64,000 nt of DNA from Candidatus Zhuqueibacterota bacterium. Its GTDB lineage: Bacteria > BS750m-G25. Numbering within the stretch: the stretch's first letter is position 1; every line of letters starts with the position of its first letter. The stretch covers positions 1 through 64,000 of the forward strand of contig JADHWK010000007.1 of NCBI GenBank assembly GCA_016783505.1. The letters run 5' to 3'. Of the stretch, positions 1-10,871 are shown one piece after another. The notes beneath the pieces were generated by a model. That model did not search any database and was not told the DNA's origin. It saw only the letters and a list, made by a program, of their open reading frames with translations. The position numbers were made by a program, and so were the translations under genes.

Positions 1-39
1 GCCACGCTTATTCTGGCCTATGTTGCCGCAACTAAATAA
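1..39 (+). CDS. 3' end of upstream gene (ATLILAYVAATK*), possibly a polysaccharide export/SLBB protein
   Basis: Frame-1 hydrophobic tail ending in TAA just before the chain-length gene; identity from context only. Confidence 0.3.
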   Translation, partial: ATLILAYVAATK

Positions 40-54
40 TTAGGATGAAAGATT

Positions 55-1176
55 ATGGAAACAAAAGAGATAACCTTAACTGATTATTGGAGAGTGATCT
101 GGAAACGGAGAAAGTTGATTGTTATCACAGTTCTATCCATTTCCTTTATAAGTGCTGGGATTAGTTTGATTTTGCCTAAGTGGTATAAGGCAACTGCGGT
201 AATCATGCCCCCGGTAAAGGAAACAATGCCGGGATTATCGTCAATGATCTCTCAATTGCCCTTTGGGGGGTTCGGGATCGGTGGCGTTAGCGAAGAAACC
301 GATACTTATCTGGCAATTTTAAAGAGTCGGACGGTTACAGAAAGCGTTATTAAGAAATTTAATATTATTGAAAAATACGAAGCGAAAAACATGGAAGAGG
401 CGGTTAAATCTTTCAGGAAAAATGCCCATTTTATGGTTGAAGATGAAGGAACGATTTCTATCGGTGTTCTTGATAAAGACCAGGAGTTGGTTCCCCATAT
501 TGCTAATTTTTTTATGGAAGAGCTGGATAGAACCAATAAAAGGCTGGCTACCGAGAGAGCCAGAAACAACCGTCTTTTCATAGAAAAGAGGGTTAATGAG
601 ACCGAGGAAAAATTAGCGGAGATGGAAGACAGGGTAAGAGAATTTCAGGAGAAGTACAGTGCCATTGATATTGATACCCAGACCGAGGAGGCCATAAGGG
701 CAGCTGCTGATTTGAAAGCCAGAATTATTACCCTGGAGGTAGAAATTGGGGTAATGGAAAAGTCGGTCAGCAAATCACATCCGGATTTATTAAGATTTAA
801 AACTGAATTATCGGAACTGCAGAAGAAATTTAACTCAATGAGGTTTGGGGGAGAGGAAAATTCCCGTGAAGATATATTCCCTCCCTTTTCGGAGATTCCT
901 GAAATAGGTCTGAAGTACGTAAGATTATTGAGGGACGTAGAGATCCAGAGTAAACTATTGGAGTATCTGATACCGGAGTATGAACAGGCTAAGATTCAGG
1001 AAGCTAAAGACACCCCTACAGTGCAGGTTCTGGATAGGGCTGTAAAGCCAGAGAAGAAATATAAACCGAAGAGATCAATTATTGTACTTTTTTATAGCTT
1101 TCTCAGTTTTGTTTTTATTTTAGCTTATATTCTATTTAAACCAGCTTTTGTGTCTTTTTATAAAAACCTTAAATGA
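55..1176 (+). CDS. Wzz/GumC-type polysaccharide co-polymerase (chain-length determinant)
   Basis: N-terminal TM (IWKRRKLIV...LPKWYKATA), long coiled coil, C-terminal VLDRAVKPEKK.KP followed by a TM. Confidence 0.85.
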   Translation: METKEITLTDYWRVIWKRRKLIVITVLSISFISAGISLILPKWYKATAVIMPPVKETMPGLSSMISQLPFGGFGIGGVSEETDTYLAILKSRTVTESVIKKFNIIEKYEAKNMEEAVKSFRKNAHFMVEDEGTISIGVLDKDQELVPHIANFFMEELDRTNKRLATERARNNRLFIEKRVNETEEKLAEMEDRVREFQEKYSAIDIDTQTEEAIRAAADLKARIITLEVEIGVMEKSVSKSHPDLLRFKTELSELQKKFNSMRFGGEENSREDIFPPFSEIPEIGLKYVRLLRDVEIQSKLLEYLIPEYEQAKIQEAKDTPTVQVLDRAVKPEKKYKPKRSIIVLFYSFLSFVFILAYILFKPAFVSFYKNLK

Positions 1177-1183
1177 ACAATAG

Positions 1184-2728
1184 ATGGATCAGGCAAGATT
1201 TACTCCAGGGGGTGTTTTAGCAAAAAACACACTGCTGAATCTCATAGGGATGTTCTTACCCCTTATTGTGGGTGTTGTAGCGATCCCTTTTGCTATAAAA
1301 GGACTGGGTACCGAAGGATTTGGCGCCTTTTCTGTTATCTGGATTATTCTAGGTTATTTTGGAATGTTAGACTTTGGCCTTTCCAAAGCGACCACAAAAT
1401 TTGTGGCCGAAATTCTGGGACGAAGAGAGGTTCAGGGTCTGCCTTCAATTGTATGGACTGCAAGTATAATCAGTGTTGTGTTTGGTATCGTTGGAACGGC
1501 TATACTTTTTATAATAACTCCTTATCTAGTTGATTCACTGTTAAAGATTCCAATAAACTATATTAATCAAACAAAACTCTCATTTTATTTATCGGCTTGT
1601 GCTCTACCCATCATTCTGTTTTCCACGAGTTTGAGAGGGGTACTTGGTGCAGCTCAAAGGTTTGACTTAGTAAACCTTGTACTAATTCCCGTCAGTATAT
1701 TAAGTTTTATTTACCCTGCCCTTTCTTATCCTTTTAACCTGAATCTATCCACAGTTGTTCTATTGATTATTCTTACTCGTGTCGTTGGCACCTTTTTTTA
1801 TCTTCTTTTTTGTTTTAGGGTGTTTCCGATTCTTAAAACAAGACCTATTGTTGATTGGGAGATACTTAAAAAATTACTATCCTATGGTGGCTGGATAACA
1901 ATAACAAGTGTCGTGAGTCCTATATTGGTTTATATGGATCGTTTTTTTATTGGATCCATACTCGCCATTTCAGCGGTAGCATTCTATTCAGCCCCGTACG
2001 AAATCATTAATCGCATTAGGATTCTCCCTATTGCCGTTATGAAGACTTTTTTCCCCGAGTTTAGCGCGTTATCTCAGCGCGATGAGAATAATCGAGTTGA
2101 AATGTTGTTCGGGCGCTCGGTTAAATATATTCTATTACCTACTGGCACAGTCGCTCTCGTATTATTCTTTTTTGCTCCTGAAATATTACAATTATGGTTA
2201 GGGACTCAATTTGCTGAAAAGGCTACAACAGTTTTCAGGATTTTGGCTCTGGGGATAGTTATTAACTCTCTGGCATTTATTCCGTTCAATCTGTTGCAAA
2301 GTGTTGGGAAGCCTGATTTACCCGCAAAATTTCATCTGTTTGAATTTCCATTCTACATCATCTTGCTTTGGCTACTTACTAAAAATTTTGGTATTAATGG
2401 TGCGGCTACAGCATGGTTCATAAGAGTCACTTTTGATTTTTTGCTCCTTTATGCAGCGACTGTAAAATATTATCCGGCAGCCATTAAAGCTTTGAGAAAA
2501 AACAGAATAGGCCTAGAGCTATTGTTTCTAACAATCCTTTTCTTTTTTCTACTCTTAACAGGGATACTAGTTGAAAGCATATTAAGCGAGGTAATCCTCC
2601 TTGTTCTATTCTTATTATTATTTGGTATTATGGTATGGTACCTTATTTTTGATAGCAAGGAGAGACAATTAATTAACTCAGGGATACGAAGATTTATCAC
2701 AAGTGACACTACAGAAAGTGCAATATAA
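1184..2728 (+). CDS. wzx: Wzx oligosaccharide flippase
   Basis: Multi-TM MOP-family protein, LDFGLSKATTKFVAE and YMDRFFIG motifs, located in polysaccharide cluster. Confidence 0.88.
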   Translation: MDQARFTPGGVLAKNTLLNLIGMFLPLIVGVVAIPFAIKGLGTEGFGAFSVIWIILGYFGMLDFGLSKATTKFVAEILGRREVQGLPSIVWTASIISVVFGIVGTAILFIITPYLVDSLLKIPINYINQTKLSFYLSACALPIILFSTSLRGVLGAAQRFDLVNLVLIPVSILSFIYPALSYPFNLNLSTVVLLIILTRVVGTFFYLLFCFRVFPILKTRPIVDWEILKKLLSYGGWITITSVVSPILVYMDRFFIGSILAISAVAFYSAPYEIINRIRILPIAVMKTFFPEFSALSQRDENNRVEMLFGRSVKYILLPTGTVALVLFFFAPEILQLWLGTQFAEKATTVFRILALGIVINSLAFIPFNLLQSVGKPDLPAKFHLFEFPFYIILLWLLTKNFGINGAATAWFIRVTFDFLLLYAATVKYYPAAIKALRKNRIGLELLFLTILFFFLLLTGILVESILSEVILLVLFLLLFGIMVWYLIFDSKERQLINSGIRRFITSDTTESAI

Positions 2729-3812
2729 ATTGTCTACCACAGAAAAAGTTTCTGATTTTGCAGTCATTATACTGAATTGGAATGGCTGGAAGGATACGCT
2801 GGAATGTTTGAATTCTCTAACGGAGAGTACTTACCAAAATTTTCAGATAATAGTTGTTGACAATGGTTCCACAGATAATTCTCTGGATATAATAAGGTCA
2901 TGGGCAAGGGGGGAAATGCCTGTCGCAGTAGGTCCTTTTGATAGTTCATCAAAGATTCAAGAAAGAAATCTTGTGGAATATGATCAATCTGATATAGATG
3001 ATATACATTACTCATCTAATTTAATACATAATAGTGGAAAGGAAGATGTTGTCTTAATAAAGAACAGTTCAAATTTAGGTTTTGCTGGTGGCAATAATGT
3101 TGGAATAAGATATGCGCTTAAATGTAACTTTGATAAGGTATTATTACTTAATAACGATACAACTGTTGACCCCGAATGCTTACGCACATTGGTGGAATTC
3201 CTAAATCACAATAAAGTCTATGGTGTGATTACGCCAAAAATCAAATACTACTATCATCCTAACCTAATTTGGAATTGCGGGGGGAAATTGACGATATTTG
3301 GTAGTAGGAAATACTATTATTTGAATAAGAAGGATGATAAACGCGGAGGTGGAAATAAAGAAATTACTTTTATTACCGGTTGCGCACTCATGGCGAGAGC
3401 CAGCATTTTTCAACAATATGGATTATTAAGTGAACTATTTTTTTTAGGTGAGGAGGATTATGATTTCAGTTTGCGGATGAAGAAGAACGGAGTTAGGATG
3501 GCTGCTGTACTGTCGGCGAAAGTATATCATAAAGTTGGAGCGTCTAGGGTTCTAATATTTGAACAAGATGTTCTGGCTAAAGCGTTTGTTCACCATTTAA
3601 ACAGATTTATTCATTTGAAAGACTATTATCCCAGAGCTTATTGGAAGATTTGGCGTTTGGCGTCTTTGGTATATATTCTTCCAATGTTAAAGAAAAGATA
3701 TAATGTGTCTTTCGCAAAACTATTAAGATATACACGGTTGCTTCTCGAAAATTCAAATTCGCTTGTCTCAGTGGACAAAGATGTCTTTATCAACGCTAAA
3801 GAGTTGTTTTAA
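2703..3812 (+). CDS. GT2 glycosyltransferase (start uncertain)
   Basis: IILNWNG, VVDNGSTD, NLGFAGGNN, LLNNDT, EDYDFS motifs. Confidence 0.9.
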   Translation: MTLQKVQYKLSTTEKVSDFAVIILNWNGWKDTLECLNSLTESTYQNFQIIVVDNGSTDNSLDIIRSWARGEMPVAVGPFDSSSKIQERNLVEYDQSDIDDIHYSSNLIHNSGKEDVVLIKNSSNLGFAGGNNVGIRYALKCNFDKVLLLNNDTTVDPECLRTLVEFLNHNKVYGVITPKIKYYYHPNLIWNCGGKLTIFGSRKYYYLNKKDDKRGGGNKEITFITGCALMARASIFQQYGLLSELFFLGEEDYDFSLRMKKNGVRMAAVLSAKVYHKVGASRVLIFEQDVLAKAFVHHLNRFIHLKDYYPRAYWKIWRLASLVYILPMLKKRYNVSFAKLLRYTRLLLENSNSLVSVDKDVFINAKELF

Positions 3813-3884
3813 ATATGAAAGAAATTACTTTTTTGAAAAACAGAATTAAAATTCTATTTTTTACCAATGTCAATAGATGAGTAA

Positions 3885-5180
3885 ATGGAAGACGCATTAG
3901 GCCCGATAATTCTTTTAACTTTTTGTTTATTTATAAGTTGTTGGGAGTTTAAGAGATTTAATACTTTTGTTACTCCATTTGGTGCTTTAGCGTGGCCTTA
4001 TGCTATAGTCGCATTCATGATAAACTTTGGTGGGAAATATTTTGGTTTCTTTCCAGTTAGCTATGAAAATATACTATTTGTGATGATGTGTTTGGTTTTT
4101 TTTCTTATTGGAGGGCAATGGGTTATATCATTATTTAAAAACAAAAATATAGAGACTATTGATAATCATAAGACGAGTCGTGGTCTTGGAAATATTTTTG
4201 ATATTTATCGTCCCCTTTTCGTTTTTCTTGGGTTGGTTTCAATTATATCTGGGATTATTCATTTCTATCAATCTATTAATGAGGTGGGGTGGTCAAATAT
4301 TGGTTCTAAGGATTTTAGCACTCTTTACGGTACGGGATTCCTTGCACATTTAAAGATTTTGAGTCGGCCGTCATTTATTTTTCTTATTGGAGATTTTTTG
4401 TATCATAAACGAAAATATGTTTTCGTCCTCCTTGTTATAATGTTTTTAGTTATATTTGTTAGACAAGTTAAATATCAAATATTTGCAATTGTTTTAGGTG
4501 GATATTATTTCTGTATTCTTAATGGGTTAGTTAAATTTTCATTAAGAAAAATTGTTTTTTATGTCCTGTTAATATTCTTGGTATTTAATGCCACATATTA
4601 TATTGGATTTTTAGCAGTGGGTATGGATTATGCTTTTGCTACAAAAACTCATTTAAGATCATTGAATCTCTTTTTTACTTATCTTTTTGGTGGTCCAATT
4701 GCTTTTAGTGAAATATTTATGAGCCCTGGATATCCTTTATTCAGTTTCAAAGAAATCATTGCAGTACCCATTAATATATATAAATTTCTAATTGGAAATT
4801 CTGAACTTATAGATATAATAATTCATAAGAGGGTTGCAGTTTCAAGTCAATCCGATATGTTTCATAGTTCTAATGTCTATGGTATGGTAGGTATGCTTTA
4901 TATGTATTTAGGAACATATCTAACAATCATTTACATGTTTATCGCCGGTATAATTGGATATTTATTTTTGGGATTATCTTTAAAATTCAAAAAAACAATT
5001 GGTTTTCAATTAATTTATTCTTTAATCATGGCATTTTTAACAGTTGCTTTTTTTGATTTGTATTTTAATAAACTTGTTTTCTATGAAGCATCCTTTTACA
5101 TGTTGACAATACCACCATTTTATTTATTAGGAAAGAACTTCATAAAATTCTCATTGTTGCAGCATAAAATAGAGACATAA
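3885..5180 (+). CDS. wzy: Putative Wzy O-antigen/oligosaccharide repeat-unit polymerase
   Basis: Very hydrophobic, AT-rich multi-TM protein with an SNVYG loop, next to wzx. Confidence 0.7.
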   Translation: MEDALGPIILLTFCLFISCWEFKRFNTFVTPFGALAWPYAIVAFMINFGGKYFGFFPVSYENILFVMMCLVFFLIGGQWVISLFKNKNIETIDNHKTSRGLGNIFDIYRPLFVFLGLVSIISGIIHFYQSINEVGWSNIGSKDFSTLYGTGFLAHLKILSRPSFIFLIGDFLYHKRKYVFVLLVIMFLVIFVRQVKYQIFAIVLGGYYFCILNGLVKFSLRKIVFYVLLIFLVFNATYYIGFLAVGMDYAFATKTHLRSLNLFFTYLFGGPIAFSEIFMSPGYPLFSFKEIIAVPINIYKFLIGNSELIDIIIHKRVAVSSQSDMFHSSNVYGMVGMLYMYLGTYLTIIYMFIAGIIGYLFLGLSLKFKKTIGFQLIYSLIMAFLTVAFFDLYFNKLVFYEASFYMLTIPPFYLLGKNFIKFSLLQHKIET

Positions 5181-5198
5181 AAATATTTTCAACATTGA

Positions 5199-5390
5199 AT
5201 TATACCAATATTTGTTAATACTGACATCTTTGTTTTTCCATCTATTAGGGAGGTCTATAGTATGGTAATTGTGGAGGGTTTATATGATGGTTTGCCAGTC
5301 ATTACTACAAATGTTGGTGGAATCCCCGAAATCGTCAAAGATGGGATTAATGGATACCTGGTCAAGCCTAAGGATTTTGTGTCTTCATAG
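5199..5390 (+). pseudogene. GT4 glycosyltransferase C-terminal fragment
   Basis: Translates ...TDIFVFPSIREVYSMVIVEGLYDGLPVITTNVGGIPEIVKDGINGYLVKP..*; no N-terminal half. Confidence 0.8.
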
Positions 5391-5480
5391 CAATTAAATC
5401 GCGGTTTTGCCGTGTTAAGTAATATTATCAATAGTTGAATCATTTGGCAAGTCATGTATTTAAAAAAATTGGAGGGGGAA

Positions 5481-7352
5481 ATGAAAACCAAAATACTAGT
5501 TATTCTATGCTTAATTCCATTTACATTAGGCTTTGCCCAGGGACAAGCAGATTATTATGGTATATATTTTAAAACCTTTCCTTGGACAATTGTCGAATAT
5601 CCCGAATGGGTTGATGCAGTTGTAAGCGACTGGGGAGCTACAGGTGTTCAACTGGAGGCAGTATGGCGTATATTCGAGCCAGATCGCAGTGATCTTGAAG
5701 CTGATCCTATCTATACATGGACACAATTTGATCAATCTCTTGATACTTTAATAAACAAGGGCGTAGACATTTCATTTAGAGTAAGAATAGGTTCGCTTTT
5801 ACCAGATTGGGTTGATTTTAAAATGGATGCTACCAGTGCATCCGATGGACTAAACCATGTGGGATTATTTGATAAGGAGGATTTTCACATTGGTGATAAA
5901 GGAAATCATATTTGGAAAGGCCAAGCACCATTATCAAACAATAATTCTAATCGATATTTTAATTTAACTTCGAAAAAAGGTATTGAAACTATGACACGGT
6001 TTTATGAAGATGTAGTAAAACATATTAAAGAATATTTAATTGATTCTGGACGTTATGGTTCGGATCGTAGACCTATAGAAATTATTCCTACGGTAAATCT
6101 TGTTGGTGAAATGGAATTGAATTCGGACTGGAACATGACGGGATATTCACCAATTGAAATAGATTCTTTTCGGGTTTATTTAGTGAATAAATATCTTACA
6201 ATTGATAGGTTAAATTCCAGATGGTGTTCGAATTTTTCAAATTTTTCTGACATTAATTCAATAGATTCCAGTTGGCGTTGGCATGAGTATAAAAATATGT
6301 CATTTAAAGATTATACATATCCTCCTGGAAGATTAGATTGGTTAAATTTTAAATTTAAACAATCGAAAAAGATGGTAGATCGTTTTGCAAAAATTACCAA
6401 AAAATATGGATTTAAAATGGGAGTGCAACTCGGTTGCTTGCATGATTATCGCTTAGATTTTAGAGGATTCTACGACCCTACTTCTTTATTAGGACGTGCT
6501 TACGCTTTTAGACTTGCGGACATAAAAGGTTATAAAGAGGTTTTTGCATTTGGTGCAAATTATGCTCGCTCTATTTGTGAGTATTGGGATTGGAAGTGGA
6601 AGGATGGAGAAAGACGTGGGTTCACATCGGAAACAAATAATCATATGTATGGATATGTTTCCGGTGATTCTGCTGATTATGCAAGAGAACTAGCCAGTAT
6701 TTGGGCGGATCAAGTAGAATCATATTATGACAGGGGCGCAGATATTCATGTAATAGCTGGTGGTTGGGGTAATTCTCAAGATCGTGAGGGCTTTTTTATA
6801 AACGGCTCATTACTTGTCAAAGACTCAACAATACAAAGCTGGTATGAAGAATTTAGGACAGTGTTACAAGAAAAAAAAGGTACAAATAGACAAACTGTAA
6901 TCAATAATAAAGCTATTCATTTAAGTACAAATTGTTATTTAATCATAGCAAATAGATCATCAGAAAACATATTTTTTCTTTATAATTCTGTTAAACCAGA
7001 TTCAGATTATATAGATCCATCTGCAAGTTATCAAGATGATGGTTGTGATATTGTAACAAATTATATGATAATATATGATCCAGGATATCTAAATAAATAC
7101 AATAATTTTTCACTTACTAAAAGTAGCAAATATATGTCCGATGAGGTTTATCTTTCTCTGATGAGAACGGACATAGATGATAATATTGTAAATATCAGAA
7201 ATGCAACCGCAATTTATGATAATGGACATGGTGAATTTAAAACAACACCGGGCTTAAGAAATGAGATTGATAAAGAAAGAATATCACCTATTCATTTAAT
7301 TTGGCGTTCTCGGCGTGATCTGAAGATAAAATTTCCTGATTCAAATAGGTAA
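5481..7352 (+). CDS. Secreted GH42/beta-galactosidase-like TIM-barrel protein
   Basis: SD GGAGGGG then signal peptide MKTKILVILCLIPFTLGFAQ; W..FEP....Y.W..FD; SFRVYLVNKY.TIDRLNSRW..NF..F.DI; LDWLNF. Confidence 0.65.
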   Translation: MKTKILVILCLIPFTLGFAQGQADYYGIYFKTFPWTIVEYPEWVDAVVSDWGATGVQLEAVWRIFEPDRSDLEADPIYTWTQFDQSLDTLINKGVDISFRVRIGSLLPDWVDFKMDATSASDGLNHVGLFDKEDFHIGDKGNHIWKGQAPLSNNNSNRYFNLTSKKGIETMTRFYEDVVKHIKEYLIDSGRYGSDRRPIEIIPTVNLVGEMELNSDWNMTGYSPIEIDSFRVYLVNKYLTIDRLNSRWCSNFSNFSDINSIDSSWRWHEYKNMSFKDYTYPPGRLDWLNFKFKQSKKMVDRFAKITKKYGFKMGVQLGCLHDYRLDFRGFYDPTSLLGRAYAFRLADIKGYKEVFAFGANYARSICEYWDWKWKDGERRGFTSETNNHMYGYVSGDSADYARELASIWADQVESYYDRGADIHVIAGGWGNSQDREGFFINGSLLVKDSTIQSWYEEFRTVLQEKKGTNRQTVINNKAIHLSTNCYLIIANRSSENIFFLYNSVKPDSDYIDPSASYQDDGCDIVTNYMIIYDPGYLNKYNNFSLTKSSKYMSDEVYLSLMRTDIDDNIVNIRNATAIYDNGHGEFKTTPGLRNEIDKERISPIHLIWRSRRDLKIKFPDSNR

Positions 7353-7414
7353 AACACAAATTGGCTTAAGCTTCTGGTGGAAAGAATTTCGGTCACTAAT
7401 ATGGGTATAATTAA

Positions 7415-8404
7415 ATGAAAGTTACTTTCTTTTGCCATGTGGAAAAAAAGGCGTTAGAGGTTGTTGAATTTTACAAACAGGATATAGAAATATTGAGGGA
7501 ATTGGGGCATCAATTATCCGTTGCAACAAAATGGTCTGCTATAAATTGGAGTGCAGATGTTCTGTACATTTGGTGGTGGACCTACGCATTTTTACCTATA
7601 TTGATTGGTAAAATATTCAATAAGAAGACAATAATTACTGGAACCTTTAATTATTGCTGTCCAATGATGAATAGGGATTTTTTTAGGCGTAATTGGTTTG
7701 AGAGATTCTTAATAAAATTTTCGGCGAAATATGCTGGTCTCAACGTCCTTGTATCAAAACATGAATACGATGCTATGTTAAAAGATTGGAAATTAAAAAA
7801 TCTCTATTACTCCCCTCACTGTGTGGATATTAAAAAGTATAAACCTAGTAATACTCGAAAAAAGGATTTGATATTTACCATTTGTTGGATAGCAGAAGAA
7901 AATCTTAAAAGAAAGTGTTTACCTGAAATTGTACAAGCTGCAAAATTATTAGTACAAAATAATTTTCAACTAAAATTCATAATTGCAGGACGAAAGGGTA
8001 ATGGATTCCTAAATTTAAAAAGGATGATTGAGAAAAATAATTTATCGGACAATTTTGAAGTGATTGGTCAAATCAGTGAAGAAGAAAAAATTTCATATTT
8101 GCAAACGTGCACAATATATTTACAGCCATCTAAATATGAGGGATTTGGTTTGGCAATTGCAGAAGCTATGAGTTGTGGTGCACCTGTAATTAGCTCAGAT
8201 GTTGGTGAAGTAAGAGAAGTTGTGGGGGAAGCAGGAATTATCTTAAAAGGATGTTCCCCAGAAGAAATTGCAGGGGTTATTATTGATTTATTGGGTAATG
8301 AATATAAAAGAGAACAATTAAGCAAATGGGCAAGGGAAAAAATCGTAAGAGATTTTCCCAGAATTAGAAGGAAAAAAGAGTTAGAAAAAATATTAAAATA
8401 TTAG
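7415..8404 (+). CDS. GT4 glycosyltransferase
   Basis: PSKYEGFGLAIAEAMSCGAPVISSDVG. Confidence 0.92.
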   Translation: MKVTFFCHVEKKALEVVEFYKQDIEILRELGHQLSVATKWSAINWSADVLYIWWWTYAFLPILIGKIFNKKTIITGTFNYCCPMMNRDFFRRNWFERFLIKFSAKYAGLNVLVSKHEYDAMLKDWKLKNLYYSPHCVDIKKYKPSNTRKKDLIFTICWIAEENLKRKCLPEIVQAAKLLVQNNFQLKFIIAGRKGNGFLNLKRMIEKNNLSDNFEVIGQISEEEKISYLQTCTIYLQPSKYEGFGLAIAEAMSCGAPVISSDVGEVREVVGEAGIILKGCSPEEIAGVIIDLLGNEYKREQLSKWAREKIVRDFPRIRRKKELEKILKY

Positions 8405-8409
8405 TGGCT

Positions 8410-9681
8410 ATGAAACAAATAATTCAAAGTCTTAAAAATGGAAATTTAGAAATAGCAAATGTTCCTTTCCCCAAAGTAACCCCAGGTAATCTCCTTATTA
8501 AAACGGTTAATTCATTAATATCAACAGGCACTGAACGAATGCTTATTGAGTTTGGGAAATCGAATTTGATTGCCAAAGCCAAACAGCAACCGGACAAAGT
8601 TAAACAGGTGATTGATAAAATTAAGACTGATGGATTAATTCCGACTTTGAATGCGGTACGTTCGCGTCTGGACGAACCATTACTATTGGGTTATTGTAAT
8701 GTAGGCGAGGTAATTTAAATCGGAGAGGGGGTTAGTGGGTTTAAAATTGGAGACAGAGTAATTTCAAATGGTCCCCATGCCGAATTTGTAGTCGTGCCTA
8801 AAAATTTATGTACAAAGATACCTGAAGATCTTTCCTGTAAAGAAGCGGTATTTGCTGTATTGGGAGCGATTGGATTGCGGGGTGTCAGACTAGCTCAACC
8901 GACGATTGGAGAAACATTTGTTGTTATCGGCTTAGGACTTATTGGGCAACTGACGACACAAATATTGATTGCAAACGGTTGTAAGGTTATAGGTTTTGAT
9001 TTAAATCCTAAAAGGGTAAAACTATCGCAAAAATTTGGAGTAAAGGCATTTAATCTAAATGATATAGATGATCCTGTTGAAGTGGCTATGAGTTGTTCTG
9101 GAGACAAAGGCGTGGATGGTGTTTTAATAACAGCATTCACAAAAAGTAGTGAACCGATTTATCAGGCTGCTCAAATGTGCCGTAAAAGAGGAAGAATTAT
9201 TCTGGTCGGTGTAACGGGATTAAAACTCACCAGGGCAGATTTTTATGAAAAAGAATTAATTTTTCAAGTGTTGTGTTCTTGCGGTCCGGGACGATATGAT
9301 GAAAGTTATGAAAACAAAGGTAATGACTACCCTTTTGGATTTGTTCGATGGACAGCAAAAAGAAATTTTGATATATCTGTTTTCCCATCTATTTTAGAAA
9401 GTGAAAGTTTTGGCGTCGCCGCTGTTGAAACTCAAGCCTGTGGGATTCCTGTTGTTGTATCAAATGTTGGGGGTCTGCCCGAAGTTGTTAGGAATGGTAA
9501 AACAGGGATTGTTGTTCCTCCAAGAGACATTAATGGTTTAAAAAATGCAATTATTGATCTCATGTTAAATATAGAAAAAAGAAAAAGATATTCTATTAAT
9601 TCAAGAGAACATGTTTTGCATAATTACAACTGGAAAGAAAATGCTAAAATAATGGAAGATTTATACTTGGAGTTTAACTAA
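8410..9681 (+). pseudogene. Bi-domain (zinc-ADH-like/Gfo-Idh-MocA) sugar oxidoreductase N-half with a premature stop, fused by deletion to a GT4 C-terminus
   Basis: In-frame TAA at 8716-8718 (GEVI*IGEGVSGFKIGDRV); after RWTAKRNF (~9369) the sequence switches to DISVFPS..ESFGVAAVE..ACGIPVVVSNVGGLPE. Confidence 0.85.
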
Positions 9682-9685
9682 CTTG

Positions 9686-9829
9686 ATGAAAGAAAATAGA
9701 AAGGACATCCTTTTTTTAACCCATTATTTTCCACCGTAGGTAAATGTCCCAGTTTCCAGAACTTATGAACATGCGAAGCGTTGGGTAAAAAAGGGTATCA
9801 AAGTAACAATTATAACCAATTTTAGATAA
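9686..9829 (+). pseudogene. WbuB-like GT4 N-terminal remnant
   Basis: MKENRKDILFLTHYFPP*VNVPVSRTYEHAKRWVKKGIKVTIITNFR*; TAG at 9737-9739 where E is expected. Confidence 0.8.
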
Positions 9830-9842
9830 TTCGGAAATAATT

Positions 9843-10871
9843 ATGAACACCCAAAACGATAATAAATACCCTCTTGTATCAATACTTTTTGCAGTTAGAA
9901 ACGAAAATGATTATATAAGCAATGCATTAGACAGCATAGTTCAGCAGGATTATCCAGAAGAAAGTATCGAAATTATTTGTGTCGATGGTTTTTCTGATGA
10001 TGGAACTTATGAGCAGCTGATTGAGAAGATTGAAATATTTAGAAATTTGAAAGTTTTTAGGAATTCTAAGAGAATATCGGCCGCAGGTTGGAACATTGGT
10101 TTAGAGAAATCCGAGGGAAAGTATGTTTTGATTATAAGCGGTCACGCAAAACTAAGTTCCAATTATATAAGAGAATGCGTAAATATACTTCAAACATCTG
10201 ATTATATCGGAGTTAGTGGACCAACAACCCCCGTCGGTTTAAATAATTTTGGAAAACTTCTTGCATTAACAATGAAAAGCCGCTTTGGGGTTGGTAATGC
10301 ACAATATTTTTTATCAGGCAAAGAGAGGATAGTTGAAACCATTGTATATGGGTGCTATGTAAAAAAGGCTTTATTAGAAGTTGGAAAATTTTCTGAGGAT
10401 ATTAAAAGAGGCCAAGATTGGGAATTAAACTATCGATTAAGGAATCGAGGATATAAATTATTTCAAACTCCAAAAATTAGATCCAAATATTATGTTAGAT
10501 CTGATTTAAAAAGTGTTTGGAAACGCCATTTTGAGGCTGGAAAGTGGAAAGTAAAGATCATCTATGATCACCCCTCGTCAATTTTACCAAGACATATTAT
10601 ACCGCTTTTTTTTAGTTTAGTATTGATAAGTCTACTATTTATCAGTTTTTTAAATCTAATGCTTTTTAAAATATTTTTAGGAATAATTCTGTGCTATTTT
10701 TTGGCTGCTATGGCCGTTTCTATTTCCTTCTGTTTAAAGAATTCAATTAAATCCTTATTGTTCTTTCCGGTCATTTTTTTCGCTATGCATTTTTCTTATG
10801 GACTTGGAATGATTATTGGAATAGCTCAATTATTTGTATATGGCATTTTGAAGAAAAAACAACCCATATGA
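9843..10871 (+). CDS. GT2 glycosyltransferase (ExoA-like) with C-terminal TMs
   Basis: VDGFSDDGT, QDWELNYRLR, MHFSYGLG. Confidence 0.88.
   Translation: MNTQNDNKYPLVSILFAVRNENDYISNALDSIVQQDYPEESIEIICVDGFSDDGTYEQLIEKIEIFRNLKVFRNSKRISAAGWNIGLEKSEGKYVLIISGHAKLSSNYIRECVNILQTSDYIGVSGPTTPVGLNNFGKLLALTMKSRFGVGNAQYFLSGKERIVETIVYGCYVKKALLEVGKFSEDIKRGQDWELNYRLRNRGYKLFQTPKIRSKYYVRSDLKSVWKRHFEAGKWKVKIIYDHPSSILPRHIIPLFFSLVLISLLFISFLNLMLFKIFLGIILCYFLAAMAVSISFCLKNSIKSLLFFPVIFFAMHFSYGLGMIIGIAQLFVYGILKKKQPI

Noticed and set aside
8716-9739. Stop-codon reassignment (TAA/TAG at Glu positions)
   Set aside because: All three stops terminate intact genes throughout the window, and these stops are in genes that are also truncated
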